A DNA stretch of 64,000 nt from Octopus vulgaris (taxonomy: Eukaryota). A program made the translations under genes and the position numbers. How positions within the stretch are numbered: position 1 is the first letter of the stretch; each line of letters begins with the position of its first letter. A model generated the notes under the pieces. The model did not search any database. It was not told the DNA's origin and saw only the letters and a program-made list of their open reading frames with translations. The stretch spans positions 10,044,001 to 10,108,000 of the forward strand of contig OX597824.1 of the NCBI GenBank assembly GCA_951406725.2. The letters are read 5' to 3'. Of this stretch, positions 1 through 12,349 are shown in pieces.

Positions 1-410
1 CCAACCAACATACCAACTCAACCAACATACCAACTCAACTACATATCAACACCAGGAACTCTCTTAACTCAAAGTCTTGTCACCTTGTTAGTGACCAGCT
101 TGAACTCTCTTAAAAAGAACCCAGTTTCCATCTACCAGATCAACTCACAAAGCTTTGGGATGCCCTGGGGCTATAGTAGAAGAGATTTGCCCAAGGTGTC
201 ACACAGTGGAACTGAACCCAAAACCATATGGTTTAGGAACAAAGCATCTTAACCACACAGCCATACCTGTGTCTGTATATATGTTTGTGTGTGTGTGTGT
301 GTGTGTGTAAATCCTTTGTTGCAAGGTATGAACTGAAAAAATGAAGGTATGTAAAAGTTGTTCTTCAATTGTTTTCTTTTCAATCTTTCTTCTTTCTTCT
401 TCTTCTTTAG

Positions 411-521
411 AAGCAGGTGATGTAGCCGTTGTTGAAGCAGGTGATGTAGCCGTTGTTGAAGCAGGTGATGAAGCCGTTGTTGAAGCAGGTGATGAAGCTA
501 TTTATGTAGATACTAGCTCAG
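411..521 (+). CDS. IQUB: Candidate IQUB N-terminal exon made of a 24-bp tandem repeat (EAGDVAVV x4)
   Basis: Polypyrimidine tract + TTTAG at 410, donor G|GTATGT at 521, 111 nt, phase 1-1, open and acidic. Assignment to IQUB rests on position and phase only. Confidence 0.55.
417..499 (+). repeat. 24-bp tandem repeat GTGATG(T/A)AGCCGTTGTTGAAGCAG, about 3.5 copies
   Basis: Directly visible. Confidence 0.95.
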
Positions 522-635
522 GTATGTTTCTGAGAAAGTTAATTACTTGACTACTCGTGTTAATGGACAGAACTGTCAGTGCTGCGAAGAGATGTGCATG
601 GGTGCATCTGCTTATGTGTGTGTATACAAACACAT

Positions 636-980
636 GCATCATCATCATCATCATCATCGTTTAACGTCCGTTCTCCATGCTAGCATGGGTTGGACAGTTC
701 AACTGGGGTCTGGGAAGCCAGAAGGCTGCACCAGGCCCAGTCTGATCTGGCAATGTTTCTACAGCTGGATGCCCTTCCTAACGCCAACCACTCCGTGAGT
801 GTAGTAGGTGCTTTTTATGTGCCACCTGCACAGGTGCCAGGCGAGGATGGCAACGGCCACTATCGGATTGGTGCATTTTACGTGCCACCGGCACGGAAGC
901 AAGTCGAGGCGGCACTGGCTTCGGCCACGATTCGGATAGCATTTTTTATGTACCACCGGCACAGAAGCCAGTCTAGGCGA
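636..980 (-). mobile_element. SINE-like family A, (GAT)n tail, core GGTTGGCGTTAGGAAGGGCATCCAGCTGTAGAAA, internal ~55-bp tandem modules
   Basis: About 20 copies in the window. Minus: 1261, 4641, 7646, 14071, 17709, 24028, 38894, 51462, 57137, 62423. Plus: 8498, 33241, 36437, 39768, 41830, 42203, 54272, 55912, 58210, 61381. Confidence 0.85.
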
Positions 981-1026
981 TATTTATGTATACACACATG
1001 CGTATATTTATGTAGACACACATAGT

Positions 1027-1258
1027 GGAGACGCAATGGCCCAGTGGTTAGGGCAGTAGACTTGCAGTCATAGGATCGTGGTTTTGATTCCCAGACCGGG
1101 CATTGTGAATGTTTATTGAGCGAAAACACTTAATGCTCTATGAGGCTCCGGCAGAGGGTGGTGGCAAACCCTGCTGTACTCTTTCACCACACCTTCTCTC
1201 ACTCTTTCTCCCTGTTTCTGTTGTACCTGTATTTCAAAGGGCCAGCTTTGTCACACTC

Positions 1259-1290
<32 letters not shown>

Positions 1291-1752
1291 GTTTAACGTC
1301 CGCTTTCCATGCTAGCATGGGTTGGACGATTCTCTGAGGTCTGGCGAACCAGATGGCTGCACCAGACTCCAATCTTGATTTGGCAGAGTTTCTACAGCTG
1401 GATGCCCTTCCTAACGCCAACCACTCCAAGAGTGTAGTGGGTGCTTTTACTTGCCACCGGCATGAGGGCCAGTCAGGCGGTACTGGCAACGGCCATGCTC
1501 AAATGGTGTTTTTTATGTGCCACCTGCACAGGAGTCAGTCCAGCGGCACTGACAACGACCTCACTCGAATGTTTTTTCACATGCCACCAGCACAAGTGCC
1601 AGTAGTGCGACACAGCTAAATCTCCCAAGAACTGCATTCAAGGTACATGTGTCTGTGGAGTACTCATCCACTTGCACATTAATTTCATGAGCAGGCTGTT
1701 CCGTTGATCAGATCAACTGGAACCCTAGTCATCATAACCGACAGAGTGCCAC
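1027..1752 (+). mobile_element. tRNA-derived SINE family C interrupted by a family A copy (1261-1615)
   Basis: A-box TGGCCCAGTGG and B-box-like GTTTTGATTCC; body resumes at about 1620 and matches the full copy at 14717-15102. Confidence 0.75.
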
Positions 1753-2312
1753 AATACCCGCATACTGCATATCTATCTATACTTACCTAACACCTACATA
1801 CCCACATACATACATACATACATACATACAAACATACATATATATGTACATATATGCATGCATGCATACATACACCTACATTTATGTATATTAATTGAAG
1901 TGTACAGTATTATATATTCATTGTGGCTGATTTTAACAGTTGGTTTCACACTGGATACTAAACCAGATGTTAGATAATAGCATGGTTAAGAAATACCGCA
2001 TGTTCGTCAGAGCTGGCAGATATGGAAAAAAATATATGTGGATATTGTGAAAAAAGACAAAATAATCTGAGCAAGTGTTATATTAAGATATCGAGTTATG
2101 TCCCTTGACCCCAAAGGTCTCTGAGATGCTGTAAGTCTGCAAGAGTTCTTTGTGTGCAGGGGCTAGGGTTAGTATTCATATAGAGTTGGAATGTGTGTAG
2201 GGGTTTTGTGGGGGGATAAGCAGGTGTTCAAATGCTTAACCCCATGTAAGAGTACATATGTGTCTGTGTGTTTGTTTGTATGTTTTGTTTAAAATCCTAA
2301 CAAGGATCTCAG

Positions 2313-2375
2313 AATATAGTGATGAAAGAGCTGAAGATGGAGAACTGCTGATTATAGTCATGATGGAGCCAGTAG
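2313..2375 (+). CDS. IQUB: Possible IQUB N-terminal acidic exon (EYSDERAEDGELLIIVMMEPV)
   Basis: CTCAG acceptor, G|GTACAA donor, 63 nt, phase 1-1, open; splice sites weak. Confidence 0.35.
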
Positions 2376-3227
2376 GTACAATAAAATATACCTTCTTTCA
2401 TGTGGGCAAGGATTAAAAATCTCTCTTCTGCAGTTTAGATAGATGTGTGGGCTTTTTTATCAGTTAAACATAATCTGCATTCTCTTGCTGCAACTAAAAT
2501 ATGGTTTGCTCTTCTCTAAGATTCTCCACTCTGTATTGTACACCACGGCGTTTTTCTTTAATGACTATATGTGCTTGGCCAGGGCTGTGGCATTTCATCT
2601 CTCTGGAATATTACAGGAGGACGTATGGCTATTGAAACTGGCTCTGAAGGGACCTTCTGTTGTTCCCGCATACTTCTACACATTTGGTTGCCTGTTTGGG
2701 CCTTTCAACGTTACATCTGTCTCATATGCAACTGTTTCCCTGTTACAGTGGTCATTAATGAGACATATGATGTTACCTCTACATGTGCATTCTGCCACTG
2801 TCTCAGGTGTGGTTGGTCGTCCTACTAATATCTTCTTTTTACACTAGGGACACAGCTAAAGGAAACTCTTAAGGTGTGCCTATTAAAAAGTTTACTGAAC
2901 CTATTCATACAGGAAGAGCATTCCAGGCATGATCATCCCATCTATTATTCATACATACCATCCATTTCTACCTCATCCAATGTTTTTTTCCTCTCTCAAA
3001 ATGACATGGAGTGATTTCAGAGAGATTTAACTTTTGTGTTTAAAATAGAGAAGCTACAGTTGTTGCTGGGATTTCCACCTGTGATTTTAGCATTTTGCAT
3101 TTTTCTCACATGTTTTTGTGGGATCATAAATGGTTGCCACATGTTCCTGTCATGGAGGTTTGTTATTGTGGTGTTTGGTTTGGTCATGCTTCTTGTCATT
3201 CACATTCTCTTAACAGAAAAAGTTACT

Positions 3228-3672
3228 GTGTTGAATCTCCGACGTCTGGCAGCTGACTTGGCAGACACCCATAAAATTATTAACCATCTTACAAACAATA
3301 ACTCTGATCACCTTTTCAAACTCCACCTGTCTAACTCCTATGGACATGTTTACAAAGTCAGAAAACAGCACAGCTCCCATGACTTTCAGAAACACTTTTT
3401 TCATGCTAAGAGTTGCTGCAGTACGGAACAAACTGCCGGCATCAGCTGTTAGTTGTTGGAGCACTGCATCCTTCAAAACTTCCATGCTTCCTGAGATTCG
3501 CCAACACTACACCTGGTTTTCTCCTCTCCATACACACGCAAGCATGTATCTGACTCATACACTGTTCGCTTTCCAGACATTTGTACATTACTGCATATGC
3601 TTTATACGCACTTTTGACAAGTTGTGGTGCACCTGAGCACTGTATACAATAATTTCATTATTATTATTATTA
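3228..3672 (+). mobile_element. CR1-group LINE 3' end with (ATT)n tail
   Basis: Frameshifted LRRLAADL...GHVYKVRKQHS...FF.LRV...NKLP...SFK C-terminal RT motifs. Other copies at 50670-50940 (-) and 32670-32790 (-). Confidence 0.8.
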
Positions 3673-3820
3673 GGTCGACTTTACCTTTCATCCTTTCGGG
3701 GTCGATAAATTAAGTACCAGTTACGCACTGGGGTCGATGTAATCGACTTAATCCGTTTGTCTGTCCTTGTTTGTCCCCTCTGTGTTTAGCCCCTTGTGGG
3801 TAGTAAAGAAAAAAAAAAAA

Positions 3821-3873
<53 letters not shown>

Positions 3874-3917
3874 ATTGCTTTTTGCTTTTTCTTTTTCATT
3901 TTCTCTTTCTTCTTCAG

Positions 3918-3974
3918 AATCAGAGGAATCAGATGACTCAGAGGGACTTGTAGATCTAGCGTCAAGTGTTACAG
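3918..3974 (+). CDS. IQUB: Candidate IQUB N-terminal acidic exon (ESEESDDSEGLVDLASSVT)
   Basis: Strong polypyrimidine tract + TTCAG, donor ACAG|GTTCGT, 57 nt, phase 1-1, compatible with the phase-1 exon at 6617. Confidence 0.6.
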
Positions 3975-4327
3975 GTTCGTTTCTCACAGAATTATGTCAT
4001 TACTCGTGGAATTATTCAGAATTGCGAACATAAAGAAATTTGTAAGACTAAGTTTGTGTTTGCATGCATAAGTGTATACATACACATTATTAATACATAC
4101 ACAAACACAATCCCAAAGCCACACACATACATCATATATGTATTGGATTCCTTGTGTTGTATGTCCTGTACTCTGTTTTTTTGTTGCTTAAGAAAAATGT
4201 CCATTTCCTTGGTTTTGTGTTTATGTTTTCGTTTCTCATTGTGTTCGACGTTTTTTTTTTGGTGTCCTGTACCCATATATGCATGCATATATATACATAT
4301 AGATGTAGGTACGTACATATATGCACG

Positions 4328-4560
4328 AAGGCGGCGAGCTGGCAGAAACGTTAGCACGCCGGGCGAAATGCGTTGCCGTATTTCGTCTGCCGTTACGTTC
4401 TGAGTTCAAATTCCGCCGAGGTCGACTTTGCCTTTCATCCTTCCGGGGTCGATAAATTAAGTACCAGTTACGCGCTGGGGTCAATGTAATCGACTTAATC
4501 CGTTCGTCTGTCCTTGTTTGTCTCCTCTGTGTTTAGCCCCTTGTGGGTAGTAAAGAAATA
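4328..4560 (+). mobile_element. tRNA-derived SINE family D (Nin/Deu-domain-like core GCCTTTCATCCTTTCGGGGTCGATAAA)
   Basis: A-box AGCTGGCAGAA and B-box GAGTTCAAATTC. Other copies at 3672, 26945, 34440-34850, 44890, 48927, 55436, 56866. Domain name from recollection. Confidence 0.75.
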
Positions 4561-5124
4561 TATATGTATGTATGTATATATGCATATGTTTTATTTATTA
4601 ATTTGTTATTATATATATATATATGTATATATTTATATGTATCATCATCACCATCATCATCAGCATTTAGCGTCCGTTTTCCATGCTAGCATGGGTTGGA
4701 CTGTTCGACCGGGGTCTGGGGAGCCAGGAGGCTGCACCAGGCTCCAGTCTGATCTGGCAATGTTTCTACAGCTGGATGCCCTTCCTAATGCCAACCACTC
4801 CATGAGTGTAGTGGGTAACTTAGACATGCTTTGTGGTTGACCACAAGCAAATCACATCATCGTCATTATTTACAGCCCACAAGCACATGCGAAGATGAAG
4901 AGAAATATAAACTTACTCGCACAAACATATTCATGCATACACATACACGCACATGTATGACGGGCTTCTTTCAGTTTCTGTCTAACAAATCTATTCGCAA
5001 GGTTGGTCAGTCTGGTATGGTACTATAAGAGGAGACTCATACCAAACGTGTCATGTAGTGGTACCGAAACTGAAAGTACATGGTTGGGAAGCGAACTTTA
5101 CTACACAGCTATTTCTTTGAGCAT

Positions 5125-5182
<58 letters not shown>

Positions 5183-5539
5183 ACACATCAACCAACCATA
5201 TGTAGCAACAACAGAATTACACCTCAATATTGTTGGAAATGGAGGACTAAATTTATTAAATGATACTCGTATGGAACACTCACTTTCAGGACTTTGAGTT
5301 TCTGTGCAAACAATTCAATGAATGTTGTACTTCATTAGTTTTCTTGCAGGTGTAATTCATGCAGTATGTATTCATTAACCTTGCACAAACTGTTGAATTG
5401 TTTGCACTGAAACTCAGAATCCTAAAAGTAAGTGTTCCATCCATAACACAAAGATCAGTTGGAAGGCCACTTCTTGCACTTCAAAGACAAACTAAAAGAA
5501 AATCTGAAGAGATGCTATATTCTCCTTTTATTCTGTGAA

Positions 5540-5907
5540 AACAAAGCATCAAACTACAGGACCTGGCACCAGGTCCAGTTCAAAATCTCTCGTGGAAGCG
5601 TCATCCAACCAAAGTACAAATATATGGGAAATTACCACCTGTATCATCTCTTGTGAAAGGTAGAAGAGTCCAATTTGCTGGACATTGTTGTAGATCTAAA
5701 AACGAGGTAATTTCTACTCTTCTCCTCTGGAAGCCATCTGCTCGTGATACCAGAGGGTGCACACTCTCCTACCCTGATGTAATCTTCAGGGATACAGGCA
5801 TCCAGCAACAGGACCTCCGTAATGCTATGATGGACCGTGAACTCTGGCGTAACGTAGTAAATTCCATTGTCTTGACCATGGTTGAACAATGAATGATGAT
5901 GATGATA
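5540..5907 (+). mobile_element. RTE/RTEX-clade LINE 3' end
   Basis: RRVQFAGHCCRS...LLLWKP...AMMDRELWR motifs followed by a (GAT)n tail. Confidence 0.8.
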
Positions 5908-6278
5908 GACCTGGCACCAGTCCTGCTTCTCCTCGGTTCAAAGATTTGAGCAAAACTGACTCCAACATCGGGATCATCTTCATGCAAACATGAAGGCATG
6001 TTGGCAAAATACTGCTCTTCTAAATGAAAACTTTACTTGTCATTGTGGTTTTGTGGGACAGAGCAAAGTGGGCCTTGCTGTCCACTCAAGAAAACACATA
6101 GTAAATGATCCACAAGCACTAAAGCAAACTGAGTCCTCAACCTGTTCCATTTACCAAAAGGTTTGTAAGGCACCAGCAGGCCTCAAGAGATGCATGCATG
6201 TCCATAGAACATGATTACCACTTTATTTTACTGAACCCTCATTTGTTGTTCATGCTGAGAGAATCTATCATATATATA

Positions 6279-6382
6279 TTCTGCAGTACATATTCTAAAA
6301 ATTGGAACAACACAGGGAAGATTAGCATGGCCTCTGCACAAGGATGACACACAAATTCATGAAGTGTTCTGTATTTTTTTTT
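6279..6382 (+). pseudogene. U6 snRNA pseudogene
   Basis: Near-full-length match to U6 (ATTGGAAC..AAGATTAGCATGGCC..CAAGGATGACAC..AAATTC..TATTTTT). 5' end truncated, ACAGAGA box mutated to ACAGGGA, all six CpGs lost. Confidence 0.9.
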
Positions 6383-6616
6383 CCATAGGTGCATTGTGAC
6401 TTTGTGGTAAGAAGATTGTTTCTCAACCACTTGGTTCTATGTACAGCATCATCTTCATCATCAACATCACCATCATAATTTATCATTAATGTAACATCTA
6501 TGTCTTATTTTAAATATCCAAAGGGTAACTACCATGCCAGTTTGTAGTATATATTATAACATCTGACATGATCATCATTCCCATTTCTGAAAAATGAATT
6601 TTCTCTTCTTCATTAG

Positions 6617-6751
6617 TAAAAGCCTCACTTCTGCCTCACAAGGAAATGGTCGCTATGTCCTGCACACTCGGCGAGACTATAAGACAGATTAAAGAGCGGT
6701 TTTGGAAAAGGATGAAAGTTGAACCTTCTGTCATTAAAATCAAATTCTGTG
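6617..6751 (+). CDS. IQUB: IQUB exon, ubiquitin-like domain first half (VKASLLPHKEMVAMSCTLGETIRQIKERF...IKFC)
   Basis: CATTAG acceptor, G|GTAGGT donor, 135 nt, phase 1-1. Confidence 0.85.
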
Positions 6752-6791
6752 GTAGGTCATTAATAGTTTGTTATATTATTTCTTGCAAATA

Positions 6792-6829
<38 letters not shown>

Positions 6830-6830
<1 letters not shown>

Positions 6831-7196
6831 TAGCAGTATCGCCTGGCGTTGCTCGGGTTTGTTTCAACCCTTTAGAATTGAAATTTTTGAAAAGTAAAAA
6901 TTTTGCATTATGTAGCTTGTTATTCTCTTTAAGTGAACATTTTTCTGGTTGAAATACACCGAAAAATGGTGACACAGCAGTCAAAAAATCGTAAAAAATA
7001 GGGATTTTCATAGAAAAAAAAGCAACTTTTGGATGTAAATAATTTTTGGTGTTAACATGGTCCGATTCGAAGCCTTCTTCTGTCATACTCTCAATTTTGG
7101 TCAACTTGTGCCGCAGGGTCTCGGAGGAGATTAGTGTTAGTTGAAGGCTACCAAACCTGCCACACACAGACAACTTCAGCTTTATATATAGAGAGA
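6830..7196 (-). mobile_element. Non-autonomous Helitron
   Basis: On the minus strand: 5' TC, 3' GC-rich hairpin then CTAG, inserted between A and T. Second copy at 53661-53998. Confidence 0.75.
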
Positions 7197-8204
7197 TATG
7201 TCACTGATACACTCTTTCACAATCATCTTTTGCATGTTTATCTTGATGACACTGTGTAACAAAATTTTAATTTTCTTTTTTTTTTTTTCGCCTTTGGTCA
7301 GTAAGTGTTACTTCCTATTTGCTTCTTTCTAGAAATCAAAGGAATTAACTACCGTTCCCTTCAAACTTTGCTTTTGTCACCTGGACATCAATGTTTTGAA
7401 ACTGACCTATTTCCCATTACATTTCAGACAGATTCCGCACTGAGTTGCTGAAGCAGAAATATCATTATAGCAAATATTCTGTTCAATACCACAAATTTGT
7501 TTGTCAGTTGTTTGACCTTAACTACTTGACCATGTCCCTTTGTGTATATGCTCTAAAAATATGGAATGGTTACATCCAAAATGCTTTTGAACATAAATCT
7601 CTTTGATCACAGCTGACCTAAGGCTTACCAACAATAACAAAACAACATCATCAGCATCATCGTTTAACGTCCGCTTTCCATGCTAGCATGGGTTGGACGA
7701 TTTTGACTGAGGGCTGGTGAACCAGACAGCCACACCAGCCTCCAATCTTGATCTGGCAGAGTTTCTACACCTGGATGCCCTTCCTAACGCCAACCACTCT
7801 TAGAGTGTAGTGGGTGCTTTTTATGTACCACCGGCACGGGGCCAGTCAGGTGGTACTGGCAATGACCTCACTCAAATCTTTTTACACATGCCACTGGCAC
7901 AGGTGCCAGTAAGGTGACGTCGGTAACGATCACGCTCAAATGGTGCCCTTTTACATGCCACTGGCATAGAAGCCAGTTAGCTGCTCTAGCAACGATCTCG
8001 CTTGGATGGTGCTCTTGGCACACTACTAGCACGGGCACAAGTACCAGTAAGGCGACGCTGGTAACGATCACACTCGAATGGTGCCCTTTTATGTGCCACT
8101 GGCACGGAAGCCGGGGTTAACATGTAGATAGATATAAGATAAGAAATTGAATGAATGCTTGAATGGCTGTGGAATCTCACACTATTTCTTCTGTTTATTT
8201 TTAG

Positions 8205-8366
8205 GTGAATTACAAATGGATGACACGCGGTTGGTTGATCTGGGTGCCAAACGAAATCGATCAATTGATCTTGAAGTAGAGTCCAGAGATCCTGAGCACT
8301 TTCCTTTAAAATCTTTCAAACGAGAGTCTTATGTACCAGACATTCTCACTATCAACATCGTTAACA
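8205..8366 (+). CDS. IQUB: IQUB exon, ubiquitin-like domain second half (GELQMDDTRLVDLGAKRNRSIDLEVES...)
   Basis: TTTTAG acceptor, A|GTAAGT donor, 162 nt, phase 1-1. Confidence 0.88.
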
Positions 8367-8497
8367 GTAAGTAGAGACCCTGGAGTTTTTATCAGTGCAT
8401 CTTCTCCTCAACTTATAACCAAGTTCCATTCCAACTGACCGATCATAAGTCGATCTGGTCGTATGTTGGGTTTATCTTTTTCAACAATATTTTCATT

Positions 8498-8845
8498 CAT
8501 GCGAATCGTGGCCGATGCCAGCACCGCCTCAACTGGCTTCCGTGTCGGTGTCACGTAAAAAGCACCATCCGAATCGTGGCCGAAACCAGTGCCGCCTTGA
8601 CTGGCTTCCGTGCCGGTGGCACGTAAAATGCACCAATCCGACCGTGGCCGATGCCAGCCTCGCCTGGCACCAGTGCAGGTGGCACGTAAAAAGCACCCAC
8701 TACACTCACGGAGTGGTTGGTGTTAGGAAGGGCATCCAGCTGTAGAAACATTGCCAGATAAGACCGGAGCCTGGTGCAGCCTTCTGGCTTCCCAGATCCC
8801 CGGTCGAACCGTCCAACCCATGCTAGCATGGAGAACGGACGTTAA

Positions 8846-8882
<37 letters not shown>
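8498..8882 (+). mobile_element. SINE-like family A, well-preserved copy
   Basis: Same core and modules, ends in a long (GAT)n tail. Confidence 0.85.
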
Positions 8883-8884
<2 letters not shown>

Positions 8885-9441
8885 TGATGCTTGAAAGTAA
8901 CTGAGAGGAAGTGGTCGGCAGTGGACACCTGAGTCTTAGGGAGACCTATGTTGCCAGATGCTGCTATAGTTAGCATATGCACAGCTGCCCAAAATCCAAA
9001 AATCGATTTTCAAAATTTTTTGTGGTCATAAGTGTGGATGGTCGTAAGTTGCGTAGGTCATAAGTCGAGGAGAAGGTGTATTTCAGAATATCTTGCAGTT
9101 TATATTTTTGGTAGACTTAAACGTAGTGGCATCAGAAAAAAATTAATTAGAAACAATTAGCTCTAGTATTTATGTTTTCGTTTTTGTTTTAAGTTTGGTA
9201 CTTATTTTATTAGCCTTTTTGCCAAACCACTAGGTTATAGGGATGTAAACAAACCAACACCGATTTTCAAGCAGTGGTGGTGGGGTGACAAAAACAAGCT
9301 CACAAACAAACACACACACACACACATTTTATCTTTTACTTGTTTTAAACATTGGACTGTGGCCATGCTGGGGCACCACCTTCAAAGGTTTTACAAATCT
9401 ACCCCAATAGTTATTCTTTTTTAAAGTCTGGTACTTATTCT

Positions 9442-9489
<48 letters not shown>

Positions 9490-9667
9490 TGTTTGTAGTG
9501 GCGGTGCTGGTAGGTTGGAATTACTTAAATTGTTTCACTAAAGCCTAAGGAAATGTATGAACATCACTGACTCTTATTTATCCTACTTTGATATTTTATG
9601 CAGTTGAAATAAATTTTTAATATTAAATTCTTTGATGCATTATAAAATGTTGCTCATATTTCTGCAG

Positions 9668-9999
9668 AAAAAGGAGAGGGAAAAGAAGTAGCAGTGGAAG
9701 TACTACAACCAACCAGAACGAAACCATTCCTCGGAGGTTTTCGACACAAAACCAATCGGGTAGAGTATTTCAATGCCTCGAGCCAGACCAAACCTGTCCC
9801 ACTACACTGGCCTAAAAGAACACTGTTCACTCGAGACACTCAAACAAAACAATTGACCAACCAAAAGCTGCAAACCCCTCAAGATACATCAACACAGATG
9901 ACTAAAATTGGTTGTTATGTGTCTGTAGCAGAAAACAGACTTCACACTCCTGGGAAATATATAACCTCAAAGGAAAAAGAAGACGTGAAGCTTGCAAAG
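9668..9999 (+). CDS. IQUB: IQUB exon (KPFLGGFRHK...STQMTKIGCYVS...TPGKY)
   Basis: TGCAG acceptor, AAG|GTATTT donor, 332 nt; strongly conserved IQUB motifs. Confidence 0.95.
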
Positions 10000-10166
10000 G
10001 TATTTTCTTACTATTTCCTTTCCTTTTTTTTTCCTTGTTGAAGTAAATCTGGTTGTTGTTTTTTTATTTTTTTATTTTTTCAATAATTTAATCTGTAAGA
10101 TTTTTGTTATCTGTCTTTGTGTGATATCTGTACTTGTAGGGTGCTTCTCACTTTTCCCTACAATGT

Positions 10167-10579
10167 TGTAGAAAGGAATAAAACGGCAGGAACACGAATG
10201 GCTGTACAAATAACAATAAAGGTTTATTATTTTCACAGAAGGAGATACTTCATCGCTGGTCATCGGTAGCATGGATGCCTGGGTTAGGAAGGCAGCAGAG
10301 TCGGATTAAATCACCATGGTTAGAGCAGTCTTCACCGCCTGCGGAGTCTGGTTCACCCTTCGAGTCTGGTTCACCTCTTCGCTCGGAGCCTTGTCGGGAC
10401 ACGTCTTAATTCATCGACCGCCAAGAGCCAAGGGGCTTGGAATAGCAGGAAAGGCTAACTGCTCCTGATTACTGCAGATGCGCATCAGGAGACTTCCAGC
10501 GACCTGCCGGAAGACACCAAACATTGCACATGCGCAGATGGTCATCCCAAAATGGCATCTAAGACCTGGCATCACTACA
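10167..10579. mobile_element. Solo LTR
   Basis: 413-bp GC-richer island with TGTAG...CTACA termini and near-identical 5-bp flanks AATGT/AATCT. Confidence 0.6.
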
Positions 10580-12048
10580 AATCTTTTGTACTTTAAATTT
10601 TTTGCTTTATTTTCTTTGTTTTTCTTAAATCAATTTATTTTTGCATGTAGGTGCAGGCATGGCTGTGTTGTAAGAAGTTTGCTCCCCAACCACATGGTTC
10701 CAGGTTCAATCCCACCTTGGGCAAGTGTCTTTTACTGTAGCCTCAGGTTGACCAAAGCCTTCTGAATGGATTTGGTTGATGAAAACTGGAAGAAGCTTGT
10801 AGTGTGTATTTATATATATATATTTAGAAATTGTTATGGCTGGTCAGAGTCTGACCATTTGTTTTTTGCACCTGTAAGGTGCTTAGCCATATAGGTGACT
10901 TGTCAGACTCAAATCACTGAAGGCACATAACCTCTCTACAACTGGAGGGTGGAATATGTCATGATCAGCTAGTTTTGTAAGCAAAAAATATACACCTGGA
11001 TTAGCCATGCAAGCCGTGCTAACAGGTGAGCTGGGATAATTTCCCTTACATAGGTTCCAGCCATGGTGATTTTTGAAGATGCTGTCAAAGTTCTCTTCAA
11101 TAAATGGGCAATTTCAAGCTTGTAGTAGGAAACGCCTTAGATGAGGGCAAGGAACCTAAAAAACTCTCTTGACCTGAAGACCTTTTTAAACCCCAGGAAA
11201 GAAGTAGTTAGTCAATGCCCTCATCTGACTAGCTATAACAATCAACTCCTTAAAAAATGTATTACTGCTCTAATGTTTTAGAGTGTGCTTCCGGTAGGGG
11301 ACCCCTGTTGTACTCTTTTGCCCCAACTTTCTCTCACTCTTTCTTCCTGTTTCTTGAGTAATGCTGCGATAAACTGGCGTCCTGTCCAGCTGGAGGGAAC
11401 ACATACACCATAGAAACCAGGAAACCAGGCTCATAAGCCTGGCTAGGCATAAATAAATAACATTCTGGATCTCCAGTACTACATTTGTGGGCCTACAGGG
11501 GCTTGCTACTCTCAAATTGAGAACTACTTGTGTTCCTGTATTTAATGATAGCAGAAAGTTTATTGTTGGAAATTTGGTGGTAATGTTGAGTAGTTGAAGT
11601 GTGGCTATAAAACTCACTTGCAAGTACATGGTTTGGGTTCAATCCCACTGCACAACATTTTGAGCATTTATTTGTTTTCTACTGTATCCCCAAGATGACC
11701 AATGCCTTGTAAGTGAATTCGGTAGGTGGAAACTGTGTGGAAGCCTATAGCATATATATGTGTATGTATGTGTGTGTATGTGTGTTGCTTTGTGTTTGTC
11801 CCTGTCTACTGTTTGACAACCGGTGTTGGTTTGTTTATGTCCCTGTAACTTAGCAGTTTGGCAATAGAGAGACTGTTAGAATAAGTATCAGACTTTAAAG
11901 TAAAATAAGTGTTGGAGTTGATGTGTTTGAGGCAGTATCACACATGGCTGCAATCCAATGACTGAAGCCGACCAAAAATTTAAAAAAAAAGAAAGAAACA
12001 TGTTGAAGTACTCTCTGATTAGCTCATTTGATCTGTTTTCTATTGAAG

Positions 12049-12259
12049 GTGATTATACTGCAGACATATATACGTCGGCACCTTGCCTGGAAGTATGTAA
12101 TGAAAGTCAGAAAACAGAAAGAAGCAAGATTACAGTTTGAAAAAGACGAAGCTCTGAAAAGACAACAGGAGAAGGAAGATAGAATTAAGGCTGAGTTCCT
12201 GCGTCGGCAATGTCCTCGCAGCAGGAAAGATTTCAATACTTTATATGACGCACTTGAAA
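12049..12259 (+). CDS. IQUB: IQUB exon with IQ motif (VIILQTYIRRHLAWK...DFNTLYDALE)
   Basis: GAAG acceptor, A|GTGAGT donor, 211 nt. Confidence 0.93.
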
Positions 12260-12349
12260 GTGAGTCACAGTTCTTATATATGTCAAGAGATTTGTACCAT
12301 TGAATATAATCTGCATTTTTTTCCCCCAAAATTTAAAAGTCATAATCCC

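Noticed and set aside
326-346. Micro-exon between AG and GTATGT
   Set aside because: Contains a stop in the phase needed to join exon 411.
547-1619. Recurring ORFs containing FLQLDALPNANHS or poly-His
   Set aside because: Translations of SINE family A and its (CAT)n tail; seen about 20 times with frameshifts.
1940-1968. Possible small IQUB exon (VGFTLDTKPD)
   Set aside because: Acceptor is plausible but the donor is weak and the phase does not fit the neighbouring candidates.
2443-2847. 134-aa ORF
   Set aside because: No recognisable motifs or convincing splice sites; probably old repeat or intron sequence.
8515-8700. CRISPR-like repeat-spacer pattern (GGCACGTAAAAAGCACC)
   Set aside because: Eukaryotic context, the 'spacers' are homologous to each other, and there are no cas genes; it is an internal SINE tandem module.
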